From: a virus
Taxonomy: Duplodnaviria > Caudoviricetes
IMG/VR virus record: IMGVR_UViG_3300043753_000025
Location: 1-55,737 of that record
Length of the DNA: 55,737 bases
Strand: one strand, 5' to 3'
Of this stretch, positions 8,652 to 17,224 are shown piece after piece (within the stretch, counting starts at the first letter, position 1; every line of letters starts with the position of its first letter). Below the pieces are notes generated by a model, which saw only the letters and a list, made by a program, of their open reading frames with translations, made no database searches and was not told where the DNA came from. Both the position numbers and the translations under genes were made by a program.

Positions 8652-9149
8652 TCAGTCGAGCGCCACGGCGACGCGCGTGGCCGGCGCCACCCACCGGTTC
8701 ACCCAGTCCTCGTGGATCGCGTCCCGCAGCGCACGGTCGGCGGCCGGGCAGTCCTCCCATGCGCGGCAGCTGGGGCAGTGCGTCGGCGGGTGGGCGCGCT
8801 CGGCGGCGGCGTGCACGGTCTCGACGGCGCGGGCCCGCGCCTGGCGCGCCCGGTAGCGCTGCTCGCCGTTCGGGACCGGGTAGCCGTGGGCGGCGAGGAG
8901 GCGGTCCTCGGCGCGGTCGAGGGCGCACAGTTGGTTGTCCAGGGCCTGCATGCCAGCCTGCTGCCAGTGGGGCATCCATGCGGCGATGTGGGCGATGGTG
9001 GCGAGGTCGGCGGCGACGGCGGGGTGCTGCTCGATCTCGAAGTCGGGGTCGGCGAGCTGGCGGGCGTTGCGGGCGGCCTGCGGGGTGATCGGGGCGAGGG
9101 TGAGGAGCGTGCCGGTGATGGTGGCGGCGAGGGCAAGGCTGGGGGTCAC
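8652..9149 (-). CDS. Hypothetical protein
   Basis: GAAAGG RBS; CPSC...C motif. Confidence 0.65.
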   Translation of the reverse strand: MTPSLALAATITGTLLTLAPITPQAARNARQLADPDFEIEQHPAVAADLATIAHIAAWMPHWQQAGMQALDNQLCALDRAEDRLLAAHGYPVPNGEQRYRARQARARAVETVHAAAERAHPPTHCPSCRAWEDCPAADRALRDAIHEDWVNRWVAPATRVAVALD

Positions 9150-9161
9150 GGTGGTTGCCTT

Positions 9162-9491
9162 TCAGGCGGCGGTGAGGATGGCGACGGCGGCGCGGTGGTA
9201 GCAGTCGCGGTCGGCGCGGCCGGCGGGGCAGGTGCAGGCCTGCCGGGCGGTGGTGTAGGTCTCGGTGCCGTCCGTGCTGACGGCGCGGTAGATGCGGCGG
9301 CCGCGGATGGGGATGATCGCGGCGTCCTCAATGAGCTCCTCAGCGGCGGCGAGCTGCCGGGTGGTGTAGTCGCGGAGGTCGGCGACCTGGGCGGCGCGGC
9401 GGATCTTGGCGGCGCAGTACCGGCCGCGACCTCGGGCCTGGCTGGTGGCGGAGCGGAGGGGCCGGCCGCAGCTGAGGCAGTGGGTGTGCAT
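9162..9491 (-). CDS. DUF6011-like Zn finger plus SWIM Zn-finger protein
   Basis: CLSCGRPLRSATSQARGRGRYC and CTCPAG...CYHRAAV. Confidence 0.75.
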   Translation of the reverse strand: MHTHCLSCGRPLRSATSQARGRGRYCAAKIRRAAQVADLRDYTTRQLAAAEELIEDAAIIPIRGRRIYRAVSTDGTETYTTARQACTCPAGRADRDCYHRAAVAILTAA

Positions 9492-9526
9492 GGCGGCCCC
9501 CTGGAGTGGTCGACGTTCCGTCTTGT

Positions 9527-9606
9527 CCTTACAAACCTTACGGAACTACAGGCTAGACCTCAAGGTCCTTAAGGAACTTCCTTACGGAACTTCAGAGCCG
9601 TACGCT
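9527..9606. promoter_or_regulatory. Divergent control region with CCTTA(C/A)GGAACT direct repeats and -10 TACGCT
   Basis: Repeats at 9536-9547, 9567-9578, 9580-9591; TACGCT 9601-9606 is 6 nt before ATG 9613. Confidence 0.65.
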
Positions 9607-9612
9607 TCACCC

Positions 9613-9825
9613 ATGACCGAGCCGCAGAAGATCCCCACCGAAGAGGCCCGGAAGAAGCTCGGCGACCTCCTCAACTCCGCCGCTTTCGCCGGGGAACACA
9701 CCGCCATCACCCGCCACGGCAAGGTCGCCGGCGTCCTCGTCCCGGCTGACTGGCACGCCGCCGCCACTGAGGCGCTCGCCGAGGTCCAGCAGCTGCGCGA
9801 GCAGCTCGCCAGGCTCCAGGGCTGA
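9613..9825 (+). CDS. Phd/YefM-family antitoxin-like protein (orphan)
   Basis: IPTEEARKKLGDLLNSA...EHTAITRHGKVAGVLVP. Confidence 0.85.
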   Translation: MTEPQKIPTEEARKKLGDLLNSAAFAGEHTAITRHGKVAGVLVPADWHAAATEALAEVQQLREQLARLQG

Positions 9826-9886
9826 CCACCGCCGCCCCGTCAGCCGCCCGGTGCGCCGTGCGGCCCTTCGCGCTGCCCGGGCGCGT

Positions 9887-10174
9887 TCACCACTGGCCCC
9901 CGAAGTCGAACCGCACCCGGCCGCCGTCGTCCCGCGACAGGAACCCGTGCGCGTCACGCCGCGCCTCGTACTCCGCACGAGCCATCCGCAAGGGCGGCCC
10001 ACTCCCGTCGATCACCGGCAGCCCGCCAGGCGGCATGACGACGACCAGGCGCGGGAAGACGTTCTGCAGCAGCTGCCCCGGGAAGGGCCGCTCCTCGCCG
10101 TCGAACGGGCCGCCGACCAGCCGGGCGGTCACCGAGGTCGGCACGTCGTAGAACCGGTCCAGATCCGCGCTCAC
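9887..10174 (-). CDS. Hypothetical protein
   Basis: ARLVGGPFDGE motif; GTGA overlap. Confidence 0.65.
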   Translation of the reverse strand: MSADLDRFYDVPTSVTARLVGGPFDGEERPFPGQLLQNVFPRLVVVMPPGGLPVIDGSGPPLRMARAEYEARRDAHGFLSRDDGGRVRFDFGGQW

Positions 10175-10557
10175 CGCGGGTCCTGCTTCCCCGCTGGCCG
10201 CGCGAACGTGGCCTCCAGCTGCTGGGCAATGCCGCACGGCTCAGGAACGGTCGCGGCAGCGAATGCCCCGTCTGATCCCGGCACCTCGCACCGCCCCGCG
10301 TTGAACCGCCAGAGCGCACCGGGCATGTTGCAGTCCGACCCAACCCGGTGCCGGTCGTCGAACACCCACCGAGCCTCGATCAGCCGCATGTGCTCGTCGC
10401 ACGACAGGCTCGTCTGCATCTCCCGGTCCCACAGCACGTGCCAGGTGGCCGGCCTGCCGCAGTCGAGGGCAGCGTCACCGGTCGGGGTGTAGCTGCATTG
10501 GACGTAGCCGGCCGGTCGGACGGTGTGCCGGTGCTTCGGCATGAACGGGTCGCTCAT
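10171..10557 (-). CDS. Cys/His-rich hypothetical protein
   Basis: CGRPATWHV...CDEH...C; coupled overlaps. Confidence 0.65.
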   Translation of the reverse strand: MSDPFMPKHRHTVRPAGYVQCSYTPTGDAALDCGRPATWHVLWDREMQTSLSCDEHMRLIEARWVFDDRHRVGSDCNMPGALWRFNAGRCEVPGSDGAFAAATVPEPCGIAQQLEATFARPAGKQDPR

Positions 10558-10940
10558 CGCTGCACCTGGACCGGGCCAGTGAGGGCAGCGGCGATCGGGT
10601 CCTGGCCGAGCTCCTGGCCGAGCTCCTGGAGGAGCCGGCGCGCCTCGGCGATCAGGGCCTCCGCCGCCGCGCTGCGCTGCTGCACGGCCGCGAGGTACGG
10701 GCCGGCGTCCACCTCGGCCAGCTGCAGCATGCCGAGCCGCAGCACCAGGGCGACGGCGTGCGGCCGGTCGTGGACGCCGAGCTTGGTGTAGATGACCTTG
10801 AGCCTGGAGTTGATGGCGTGCGGGCTGATGTTCAGGTCGCGGCCGATCGTGGCGGTGGTGCCGCCGTTCGCGGCCAGGCGGAGCACGTCGAGTTCGCCGT
10901 TGGTGAGCGGGTCGCCAATGCGGGGATTGGGTGCGGGCAT
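10554..10940 (-). CDS. LuxR-family HTH regulator
   Basis: LTNGELDVLRLAANGGTTATIGRDLNISPHAINSRLKVIYTKLGVHDR. Confidence 0.9.
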   Translation of the reverse strand: MPAPNPRIGDPLTNGELDVLRLAANGGTTATIGRDLNISPHAINSRLKVIYTKLGVHDRPHAVALVLRLGMLQLAEVDAGPYLAAVQQRSAAAEALIAEARRLLQELGQELGQDPIAAALTGPVQVQR

Positions 10941-11003
10941 CGTCGCCTCCTGGAGGCAGTTGTGTGGGCGTTCGTTGGCAGGTGGGAGGCGTCGTGACGG
11001 GCG

Positions 11004-11537
11004 TCAGGCGGCCGTCAGCGCCTGTCGGAGGGCGGTGCTGGCGCGGGATCGGATGGTGCGGACGGCGGCTGGGGTGCGGCCGGTGTGGGCGGCGATCACC
11101 GCGGTGCTCAGCCCGGCCCAGTAGGTGAGCGCCAGGGTCTGCCGGTGGACGGCGGGCAGCCTGGCCACCGCGGTGCGGAGGGGGGCTGCGTCGAGTTCGG
11201 TGAGGACCTGGTCCTCGGGACCGGCCACCGCGGTGTCGTGCTGGCGAAGGTCTGCGGTGGGTACCTCGCGCCGGGTGACCGCCGCGGTGGCGTGGTCGGC
11301 AAGCAGGTTGCGGGCGATGGTGATCAGCCAGGCCTCGAACGGCCGGCCGGTGTCCCGGTAGCCGGGGAGCGCCCGGAGCGCCCGGACCCAGACGTCCTGT
11401 GCGAGGTCGTCGGCGAGGTCGGGTCCGACGCGGCGGGCGAGGTAGCTGCGGACGGCACGGTGGTGTTCGGCGTACAGGGCCGCGATGGCCTCGCGGTCAC
11501 CCTGCTGTGCGGCGGTGATGAGGGTGGGCGTGGCCAT
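11004..11537 (-). CDS. ECF RNA polymerase sigma factor (BldN-like)
   Basis: Region 2 ADDLAQDVWVRALR...FEAWLITIARNLLADH; region 4 LPAVHRQTLAL...STAVIA...AVRTIRSRA; AGGAG RBS. Confidence 0.9.
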   Translation of the reverse strand: MATPTLITAAQQGDREAIAALYAEHHRAVRSYLARRVGPDLADDLAQDVWVRALRALPGYRDTGRPFEAWLITIARNLLADHATAAVTRREVPTADLRQHDTAVAGPEDQVLTELDAAPLRTAVARLPAVHRQTLALTYWAGLSTAVIAAHTGRTPAAVRTIRSRASTALRQALTAA

Positions 11538-11604
11538 CGCGTGCTCCTGGTGCTCATGCTGGTGGGACGGGACGGGCTGGCGGTGGGTCAGGTGGTGACG
11601 GGCG

Positions 11605-12003
11605 TCAGTGGCTGGTCGACGGGCCGTCAGCGGCGTCGTCGAGCACCTCGTCCAGCTGGTCGGCGAGGATCCGGCCGAGGATGCCGCGGTGGGTACGCCA
11701 GTCGGCGGCGAGCGCCCGGAGGGCGGCGAGTTGGACATGGGCCCGATCCCGCTCGTTGCGGTACTGGTGGCTGAGCTGGGCGGCTTCGGCGCGCTCGGCG
11801 CGGAGCTGCTGAAGCTGCTGGGGCACTTCGCCGACCTGGCGGCCCATGTATGCGGCGGCCGCCACGGTGAGCGCGGCCACCAGGTCGGCGGCGCTGACCC
11901 GGTCACCGAGCCGGACAGGGGTGGCCTGGAGGGTGCGGGAGATGACGCGGGCGAGCGGTGCGAGCTCCTGGAGCTCGACAGCCGTCGGCTGGGTGTCGGT
12001 CAT
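11605..12003 (-). CDS. Hypothetical coiled-coil protein
   Basis: GGAGG RBS; 132-aa ORF. Confidence 0.65.
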   Translation of the reverse strand: MTDTQPTAVELQELAPLARVISRTLQATPVRLGDRVSAADLVAALTVAAAAYMGRQVGEVPQQLQQLRAERAEAAQLSHQYRNERDRAHVQLAALRALAADWRTHRGILGRILADQLDEVLDDAADGPSTSH

Positions 12004-12006
12004 CGG

Positions 12007-12435
12007 TCAGTCCTCCAATGCTTCGGCCGGGGTGATTTCGCCGCGTGCGCACTGCTCGATCGCGTGGGCGATCTCCCAGCCGTTGCCGGGCAGGTAGTCT
12101 TGGAGGACGCTAACCAGTTGGGCAACGGCGGCCAGGCGCTCGCGAAGCCGGTCCAGCTCGGTCGCGGCGGACGCGGTCTTCTCCCGGAGGGCCCGCCACT
12201 GCCGGTTCCGGAGCCGGAGCTGTGCCCAGAGGTTCTGGAGCTGGGTCGGGTCGGCGCCGGCAGCGCGGAGGCCGCAGCGGAGGGTACGCAGTTCGAGGCG
12301 GGCGCCGTCTCGGTCAGCCACCGCGCGGCGGTCGACCTCGGCACTCATGTGGGCGGGGCAGCAGGCGAACGGGTTGTGGTCCGAGTCGTCGGCCAAGAGG
12401 TAGACCATCTGATCGGGCGGCGTGGTGTCGGTCAT
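12007..12435 (-). CDS. Hypothetical protein
   Basis: GGAGG RBS; 142-aa ORF. Confidence 0.65.
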   Translation of the reverse strand: MTDTTPPDQMVYLLADDSDHNPFACCPAHMSAEVDRRAVADRDGARLELRTLRCGLRAAGADPTQLQNLWAQLRLRNRQWRALREKTASAATELDRLRERLAAVAQLVSVLQDYLPGNGWEIAHAIEQCARGEITPAEALED

Positions 12436-12438
12436 GGG

Positions 12439-12681
12439 TCAGCCCTCCTGGGCCAGGTCGACGTGCTCCAGGGAGATGCCGCCCGCGTAGCCGTCCACGG
12501 CCACGACCGGTTCGCCGTGGCCGAGGTTCCAGGCGCGGCTGCGGGTGCGGGTCTGCAGGCGGGGGTAGTCGGTCATGCCGATCTCGGCGGCGTACTCGGG
12601 CCGAACGCCGGGGTAGGCGATCACCGGCGTACCGACCGGGATCAGGGCGTTCCATTGCTCGGCGTTGAGGTGGAGGTTCAC
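12439..12681 (-). CDS. Hypothetical protein
   Basis: NAEQWNALIPVGTPVIAYPG...TRSRAWNLGHGEPVV; GTGA overlap. Confidence 0.7.
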   Translation of the reverse strand: MNLHLNAEQWNALIPVGTPVIAYPGVRPEYAAEIGMTDYPRLQTRTRSRAWNLGHGEPVVAVDGYAGGISLEHVDLAQEG

Positions 12682-12869
12682 CGCTCGCCCCGGATGGCGA
12701 GTCGGGCGGGGACGGTGCCGGCGGCGAGCTGCTCGCGCTCGGCCGCGGTGATGTGGCGGCAGGCGGCGGCGTCGATCGCGGCGGCGACACGCTCGGGCGC
12801 GGTGACGTGCACGGCGACGGGCCCGCGGGGGCACGGCAGCTCGGGGCAGCGGAAACGGATGACGGTCAC
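12678..12869 (-). CDS. Small hypothetical protein
   Basis: GGAG RBS; 63 aa. Confidence 0.55.
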   Translation of the reverse strand: MTVIRFRCPELPCPRGPVAVHVTAPERVAAAIDAAACRHITAAEREQLAAGTVPARLAIRGER

Positions 12870-12966
12870 GAGGGCTCCAGGGGGTGTAGGGCGGGCTGTG
12901 GCGGGTCGCGCGCCCGTTCGGACGCGGGACCGGTTGCTCGGGCGCTGGCGGCGTCTCGGTGGCCTT

Positions 12967-13791
12967 TCAGGTCATGCAGTGGCCGGAGTCGCAGGCGCCG
13001 TCGGCTTCGCCGAAGATCAGCGGGAGCGGGTCGACGCCGTCCGGGATCGCCTCACGCAGCGGCCGGTTGTAGGCGGTGAGCCAGACGTGGTCCTTGCCGA
13101 GGTCATCGCGGCGCTGGTTCAGCAACTCCTCCAGCTGGCAGGACTTCTCGAACAGCTCGGGTTCGGTGCGGCGCATCTCGTGCCAGGTCTCTGGCCGGTG
13201 GAACGGGCAGAAGAAGCAACTGGACTTCGGTGGGACGGGCAGGCCGGCACTGCGGATGATCCGGGGGATGTCGCTGCGGCGGATGCCGAGGTCGAGAAGT
13301 GGGTACTCGATGCGCTCGTGGGGTTCGTGGCGGCGGTTGTTGGCGCGGTGGATCTCGTCCACGCTGATGCCGATGCCGACGGTGGCCGGCTGCTCGGCGG
13401 TGGCTCCGCGGCGCTTCAGCTCGCGCCCGATCACCTTGATCTTGAAGTCGGCCGTGCAACTGCGGGTGCCGGGGGCGCCGTTGCTCATGCGGATCGGGAT
13501 CGGCAGCGAGCGGGATCCCGGCTTGGTGAGTCGGCCCCACAGGGTCTCAGCGGTGCCGTCTCGGCGGATGCGGTCGAGGACGGTGAGTTCGAGGCCGTGC
13601 TCGGCGGCGAACGGCTTGGCGTACTCCTCCAGGTACCGGAGGGTGCCGGGGTGCTCGCTGTCGTTGCCGACGTTGGCGAACAGGAACGTGCGGTAGTCGA
13701 TGGTGCCTTGGGCGGCGAGGACGAGGGCGGCGGTGGACTGCCAGCCGCCGCCGAACGAGAACGTCCGTAGCGGCGCTGTGGCGGTGGTCAT
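12967..13791 (-). CDS. PAPS reductase family (PP-loop) protein
   Basis: SFGGGWQS, FANVGNDSEHP, CTADFKIKVI, YPLLD, PPKSSCFFCPF, C-terminal CDSGHC. Confidence 0.85.
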   Translation of the reverse strand: MTTATAPLRTFSFGGGWQSTAALVLAAQGTIDYRTFLFANVGNDSEHPGTLRYLEEYAKPFAAEHGLELTVLDRIRRDGTAETLWGRLTKPGSRSLPIPIRMSNGAPGTRSCTADFKIKVIGRELKRRGATAEQPATVGIGISVDEIHRANNRRHEPHERIEYPLLDLGIRRSDIPRIIRSAGLPVPPKSSCFFCPFHRPETWHEMRRTEPELFEKSCQLEELLNQRRDDLGKDHVWLTAYNRPLREAIPDGVDPLPLIFGEADGACDSGHCMT

Positions 13792-13875
13792 CGTAGGTCT
13801 CCGGTTCTGCGTCGGGCGGTCGGGGGGACGGGCGCTGGCGGCCCGTCAGGGGCTGCTGGTGGTGCTGGCTGGCGA

Positions 13876-14859
13876 TCAGCCGGTGTCTCGGGCCTTGTCC
13901 GCGGCGATCTGCGCTTCGAGCTGGGCGCGCTGCTCGCTCCAGCTGGGCGGCGTCCAGGTCTCGTCGCGCGGCTGGGTGCGCTGCTGCGGCTCTTCGTGCG
14001 GCCATGCGGGGCCGGTGTGGCCGCCGGGCAGGCCGAGGAGGAGCGGGGTCTGCTGCGTGTCGGCGGGGCGCTCTTTCTCGGCCCAGTCGATCCACCGGCC
14101 GGCGCCGGCCGCAGGGGTGGTGAGCCAGCCGGAGTTGCGCTGCCGACGGACGAACTTGCGGATCAGCTCCTGGAGCTGGGCGCCGGTGAGCACCGGTCGG
14201 CCGGCTGCGGTCCGGGCCGACTGCGCGGCGGCGATGGTCTCGCTGTCCGGCCACCAGTCTTCGGGGATCAGAGAGAGAGCGCTCCGGTCCGCCGCCCGGG
14301 GACGGTCACCTTCTTCTCTCTCTGTACCACTACTGGGGAGGGGAGGGGAGGGGAGTGCGCGCGCGCGAGTCCCGTCGGAGTCCCCCCGGGACACAAGCGA
14401 CTGACCTGCATCTTCGTCAAAATCAGGCCTGTGAATCGATCCCGTTTCGTCGCCGTTTCGGTCGCGATCCGCGTTCGATTCGGGGTCGATTCGCGGCTGG
14501 TTTTCTGCCGCGGCCCGCTGGTTGCGCTTCTTCTCGGCGGCCTTCGCGCGGCGGTTCAGGACCTGCTTCCGGGAGAAGTTCGCCCCGGCGAGGTAGTCGT
14601 GCATCACGTAGTCGCCGTGCGGGGGTTGCGGGCAGCGGGAGCAGGTGTGGCCGCTCTCGTGCCAAAGGCCGACGGTGATCAGCTTCCGGATCTGCGGCTG
14701 GGTGCCGTACATGGTGGCGATCACGCCGGGGACGATGCCGTCGGTGAGGTGCGCCGAGCAGTACGCGCCGCAGCGTGCCCACAGGCCGACGGCAGCGTTG
14801 CCCGCGCGCACCAGCTTGGGGTGCGCGTGTGCGCTGTCGTCCAGGGCGAACCACGTCAT
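13876..14859 (-). CDS. Phage replication initiator protein
   Basis: WFALDDSAHAHPKL...AVGLW...LTDGIVP...YVMHDYL N-terminus; internal iterons. Confidence 0.8.
   Translation of the reverse strand: MTWFALDDSAHAHPKLVRAGNAAVGLWARCGAYCSAHLTDGIVPGVIATMYGTQPQIRKLITVGLWHESGHTCSRCPQPPHGDYVMHDYLAGANFSRKQVLNRRAKAAEKKRNQRAAAENQPRIDPESNADRDRNGDETGSIHRPDFDEDAGQSLVSRGDSDGTRARALPSPPLPSSGTEREEGDRPRAADRSALSLIPEDWWPDSETIAAAQSARTAAGRPVLTGAQLQELIRKFVRRQRNSGWLTTPAAGAGRWIDWAEKERPADTQQTPLLLGLPGGHTGPAWPHEEPQQRTQPRDETWTPPSWSEQRAQLEAQIAADKARDTG
14402..14496. repeat. Putative replication origin: six 11-bp-period iterons (nCGWTTCG) inside rep
   Basis: Units start at 14431, 14442, 14453, 14464, 14475, 14486; TGACCTGCA at 14402. 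Confidence 0.55.
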
Positions 14860-14938
14860 CGGCTGGTGCTCCTACATCGGGGGTTGGGCGCCCGTGGCGG
14901 GGGTGTCGACCGGCCCGCCACGGGCCGTACAGGGGCGG

Positions 14939-15364
14939 TCAGTCGCAGGTGCAGCGGCAGCTGATGCCAGCCGCGTAGGCGCAGGACTCGCCGTGGCCGC
15001 CACGGATCGGCCAGTCCGGGTCGGGCGCCGGGTGGGCGCAGTTCCCCACGTGGCCGCCCATGTCCTGGATGATCAGCAGGAACTCGGCGCGGTCCTGGCG
15101 GCTGGCGATGCTGCCCCGGAGGCTGTCGGCGTCGTCGGTCCAGGTGGTCCAGTCGGCGAGCATGGCGGCTCCGCGGTGCGCGTCTTCGGCGCTGCGGAAG
15201 CGGGCGATCTGCAGGCCGGAGTGGTGGCCGAGCCGCCAGCGGCAGACCGCGCCGACGTCCACGGTGTCGGCCGTCCGGTAGACGTACAGGCCGGGCGTGG
15301 CGGGCTGCGCGTCGACGATCGCGGGCCCGTCCTCGGCCTGGATGGTGTGCGGGATGGTGATCAT
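14939..15364 (-). CDS. Hypothetical protein
   Basis: ATGA overlap with whiB stop; GAAAGG RBS. Confidence 0.65.
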   Translation of the reverse strand: MITIPHTIQAEDGPAIVDAQPATPGLYVYRTADTVDVGAVCRWRLGHHSGLQIARFRSAEDAHRGAAMLADWTTWTDDADSLRGSIASRQDRAEFLLIIQDMGGHVGNCAHPAPDPDWPIRGGHGESCAYAAGISCRCTCD

Positions 15365-15648
15365 GCGGGGACCTTTCGGGTGCTGCCGGTGGTGGCGTGG
15401 CGTTCCTGGTCGCGGCTCCTCTGGAGGCCTGTCCGCTCCGTCGACGTCAGGCCGCCGCGCACCGCATACCGGGACTCGGCGGTGCCCTCCACCTGCATCG
15501 CGTCGTCCAGGCACTCGGCGCGGACCGAGCAACCGGCGCAGACGCGTTGTGCGGCGGCCTCGGAGCCCTTCCGGCGGATCGACGGGAAGAACAGCTCCTC
15601 CAGCCCCCGACAGCTGGCCCGGTCGTACCAGCGGGCGTTGGCGGTCAT
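15361..15648 (-). CDS. whiB: WhiB-family transcription factor
   Basis: WYDRASC...LFFP...CAGCSVRAEC...VRGGLTSTER. Confidence 0.9.
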   Translation of the reverse strand: MTANARWYDRASCRGLEELFFPSIRRKGSEAAAQRVCAGCSVRAECLDDAMQVEGTAESRYAVRGGLTSTERTGLQRSRDQERHATTGSTRKVPA

Positions 15649-16508
15649 GCGGCCAGCTCCGGCATCGGAACCCCAGAGCGGACGTGGGCCTGCTGGACGG
15701 CGTTCCACGTGACGCCGAGGCGGTCGGCGATCACGTCGCGGGGCAGGCCCTGTCGGACCAGCTCGGCCGTGTCCTCCACCAGCGCCTGCCGGCGCGATCC
15801 CATCGGGGCGGTGGCGTAGCCGCCGCGGCCCCGGGCACGGCCCGGTTCGGCCGCCGGGTCGTCCATGCTCCGGCCGGCCCAAGCCCGCGGGGGCGCCCAG
15901 CCGGTCCGCTCGGCGGCCCGAGCAGTGCGCTCCACCGCCGCGGGGGTCACGCCAGCGTTCAGCGGGTCCTGGTCGTGCAGGAACTCGTACAGCTCGGCGA
16001 TGTCCTGCGCGGTCCGCGCCGTGACAGAGTCCTGGCGCTCCTGCGCGATGATCCCGACGGTCTGCCGCGGCACCCCGAGCTGCTTGGCCAGGACCTGCCC
16101 CGACCAGCCGTTCGCCCGCAGTGCCTGCAGGCGGCGCCTGCTGCCCAACGCCGGGACCATGGACAGGGGGGACGCCGGAGTGCTGGTGAACTCGACCGCG
16201 AGGAGCTTGCGCTCGGTCTCAGGTCGAATCCGGTCCGATCGCTGCCGGGAGCCGACGCCTCGAAGCCTCTGCAGGTCGGTCTCATAGACGCCGGCCGCGT
16301 CGGCGACCTGCTGCCAGGTCATGCCCCGGGCGTGCAGGCCCTCGATGTGGGCGAGCGCCGGAGCGGCGTCCACGAAGGGCTGCCAGGTTCCGTACGCGAC
16401 CTGACGGTGCTTCTTGGCCTGCCACGCGGCGGAGGCAACCGCGCACGGGAGGCACTTGCACTTGTGGTGCCTGGCGCCGCTGAGGGTGCCGTGCTTGATG
16501 TCGCTCAT
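15645..16508 (-). CDS. Multi-HTH DNA-binding protein with N-terminal Zn motif
   Basis: HGT...CKCLPC; MTWQQVADAAG; RRRLQALRANGWS; C-terminal IADRLGVTW. Confidence 0.8.
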   Translation of the reverse strand: MSDIKHGTLSGARHHKCKCLPCAVASAAWQAKKHRQVAYGTWQPFVDAAPALAHIEGLHARGMTWQQVADAAGVYETDLQRLRGVGSRQRSDRIRPETERKLLAVEFTSTPASPLSMVPALGSRRRLQALRANGWSGQVLAKQLGVPRQTVGIIAQERQDSVTARTAQDIAELYEFLHDQDPLNAGVTPAAVERTARAAERTGWAPPRAWAGRSMDDPAAEPGRARGRGGYATAPMGSRRQALVEDTAELVRQGLPRDVIADRLGVTWNAVQQAHVRSGVPMPELAA

Positions 16509-17224
16509 CGGCCACCGCCGGTGCGCGGGCGGGGGATCATCGGCCACTCGCCGTTCACCACCGCGGTCGGGTCCTTGCGGCGCAGGTACTGCTGCCGGTC
16601 GAAGGCCTGCCCGGCCGCCCACTCCACCTGCATCCAGTGCAGGTGCTCCAGCGTCCACGACTGGATGGTGCCGTAGCGCTTCGCGATGGCCTCGACCACG
16701 TGGGCGGCGGCGAGTGCGTCGCCGTCGGCGGTGTGCGCCCGGGTCAGCTCGACCTTGTAGTGCCTGGCGAGGGACTCCAGGTTCCGCGAGCCCTTCCGGT
16801 AGCGGTCGGCCTGCCGGTCGATCACCAGCGGGTCGATGACGTGCAGGTCGGTGTCGCCGAGCTGCTGGGCGAGCGACGGCAGGCCGTGCCTGGCCAACTC
16901 CCGGTCCAGCAGCGTCAGGTCGTACGGGGCGTTCATCACGACCAGCGGCACGCCAGCCTGGGCGTACCCGACGATCGCGGCGGCGATCTCCGCGACCACC
17001 TGGGCGGCGGGGCGGGCACCGCGGACCTGCGCGTCGGTGATGTGGTGGATCTTGGTGGCGGCGCGCGGAATCGGGATCCCCGGGTTGCACATCCACGCCC
17101 GGGTGACGACCCGCTGACCGCCGTCGACCTCGACCAGCGCCGAGGTGATGATCCGGTCCTGCTCCACGTCCACGCCGGTGGTCTCGCAGTCGAACGCGGC
17201 CAACCTGTCGGTGTGCCAGCTCAC
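16505..17224 (-). CDS. DnaQ-like DEDDh 3'-5' exonuclease
   Basis: AFDCETTG, NAPYDL, AHTADGDA. Confidence 0.92.
   Translation of the reverse strand: MSWHTDRLAAFDCETTGVDVEQDRIITSALVEVDGGQRVVTRAWMCNPGIPIPRAATKIHHITDAQVRGARPAAQVVAEIAAAIVGYAQAGVPLVVMNAPYDLTLLDRELARHGLPSLAQQLGDTDLHVIDPLVIDRQADRYRKGSRNLESLARHYKVELTRAHTADGDALAAAHVVEAIAKRYGTIQSWTLEHLHWMQVEWAAGQAFDRQQYLRRKDPTAVVNGEWPMIPRPRTGGGR

Noticed and set aside
11608-13770. Long plus-strand ORFs (720 aa here; also 19068-20765, 33746-35155, 47369-48979, 51933-53225)
   Set aside because: Antisense shadows of real minus-strand genes in high-GC DNA; no motifs or RBS.
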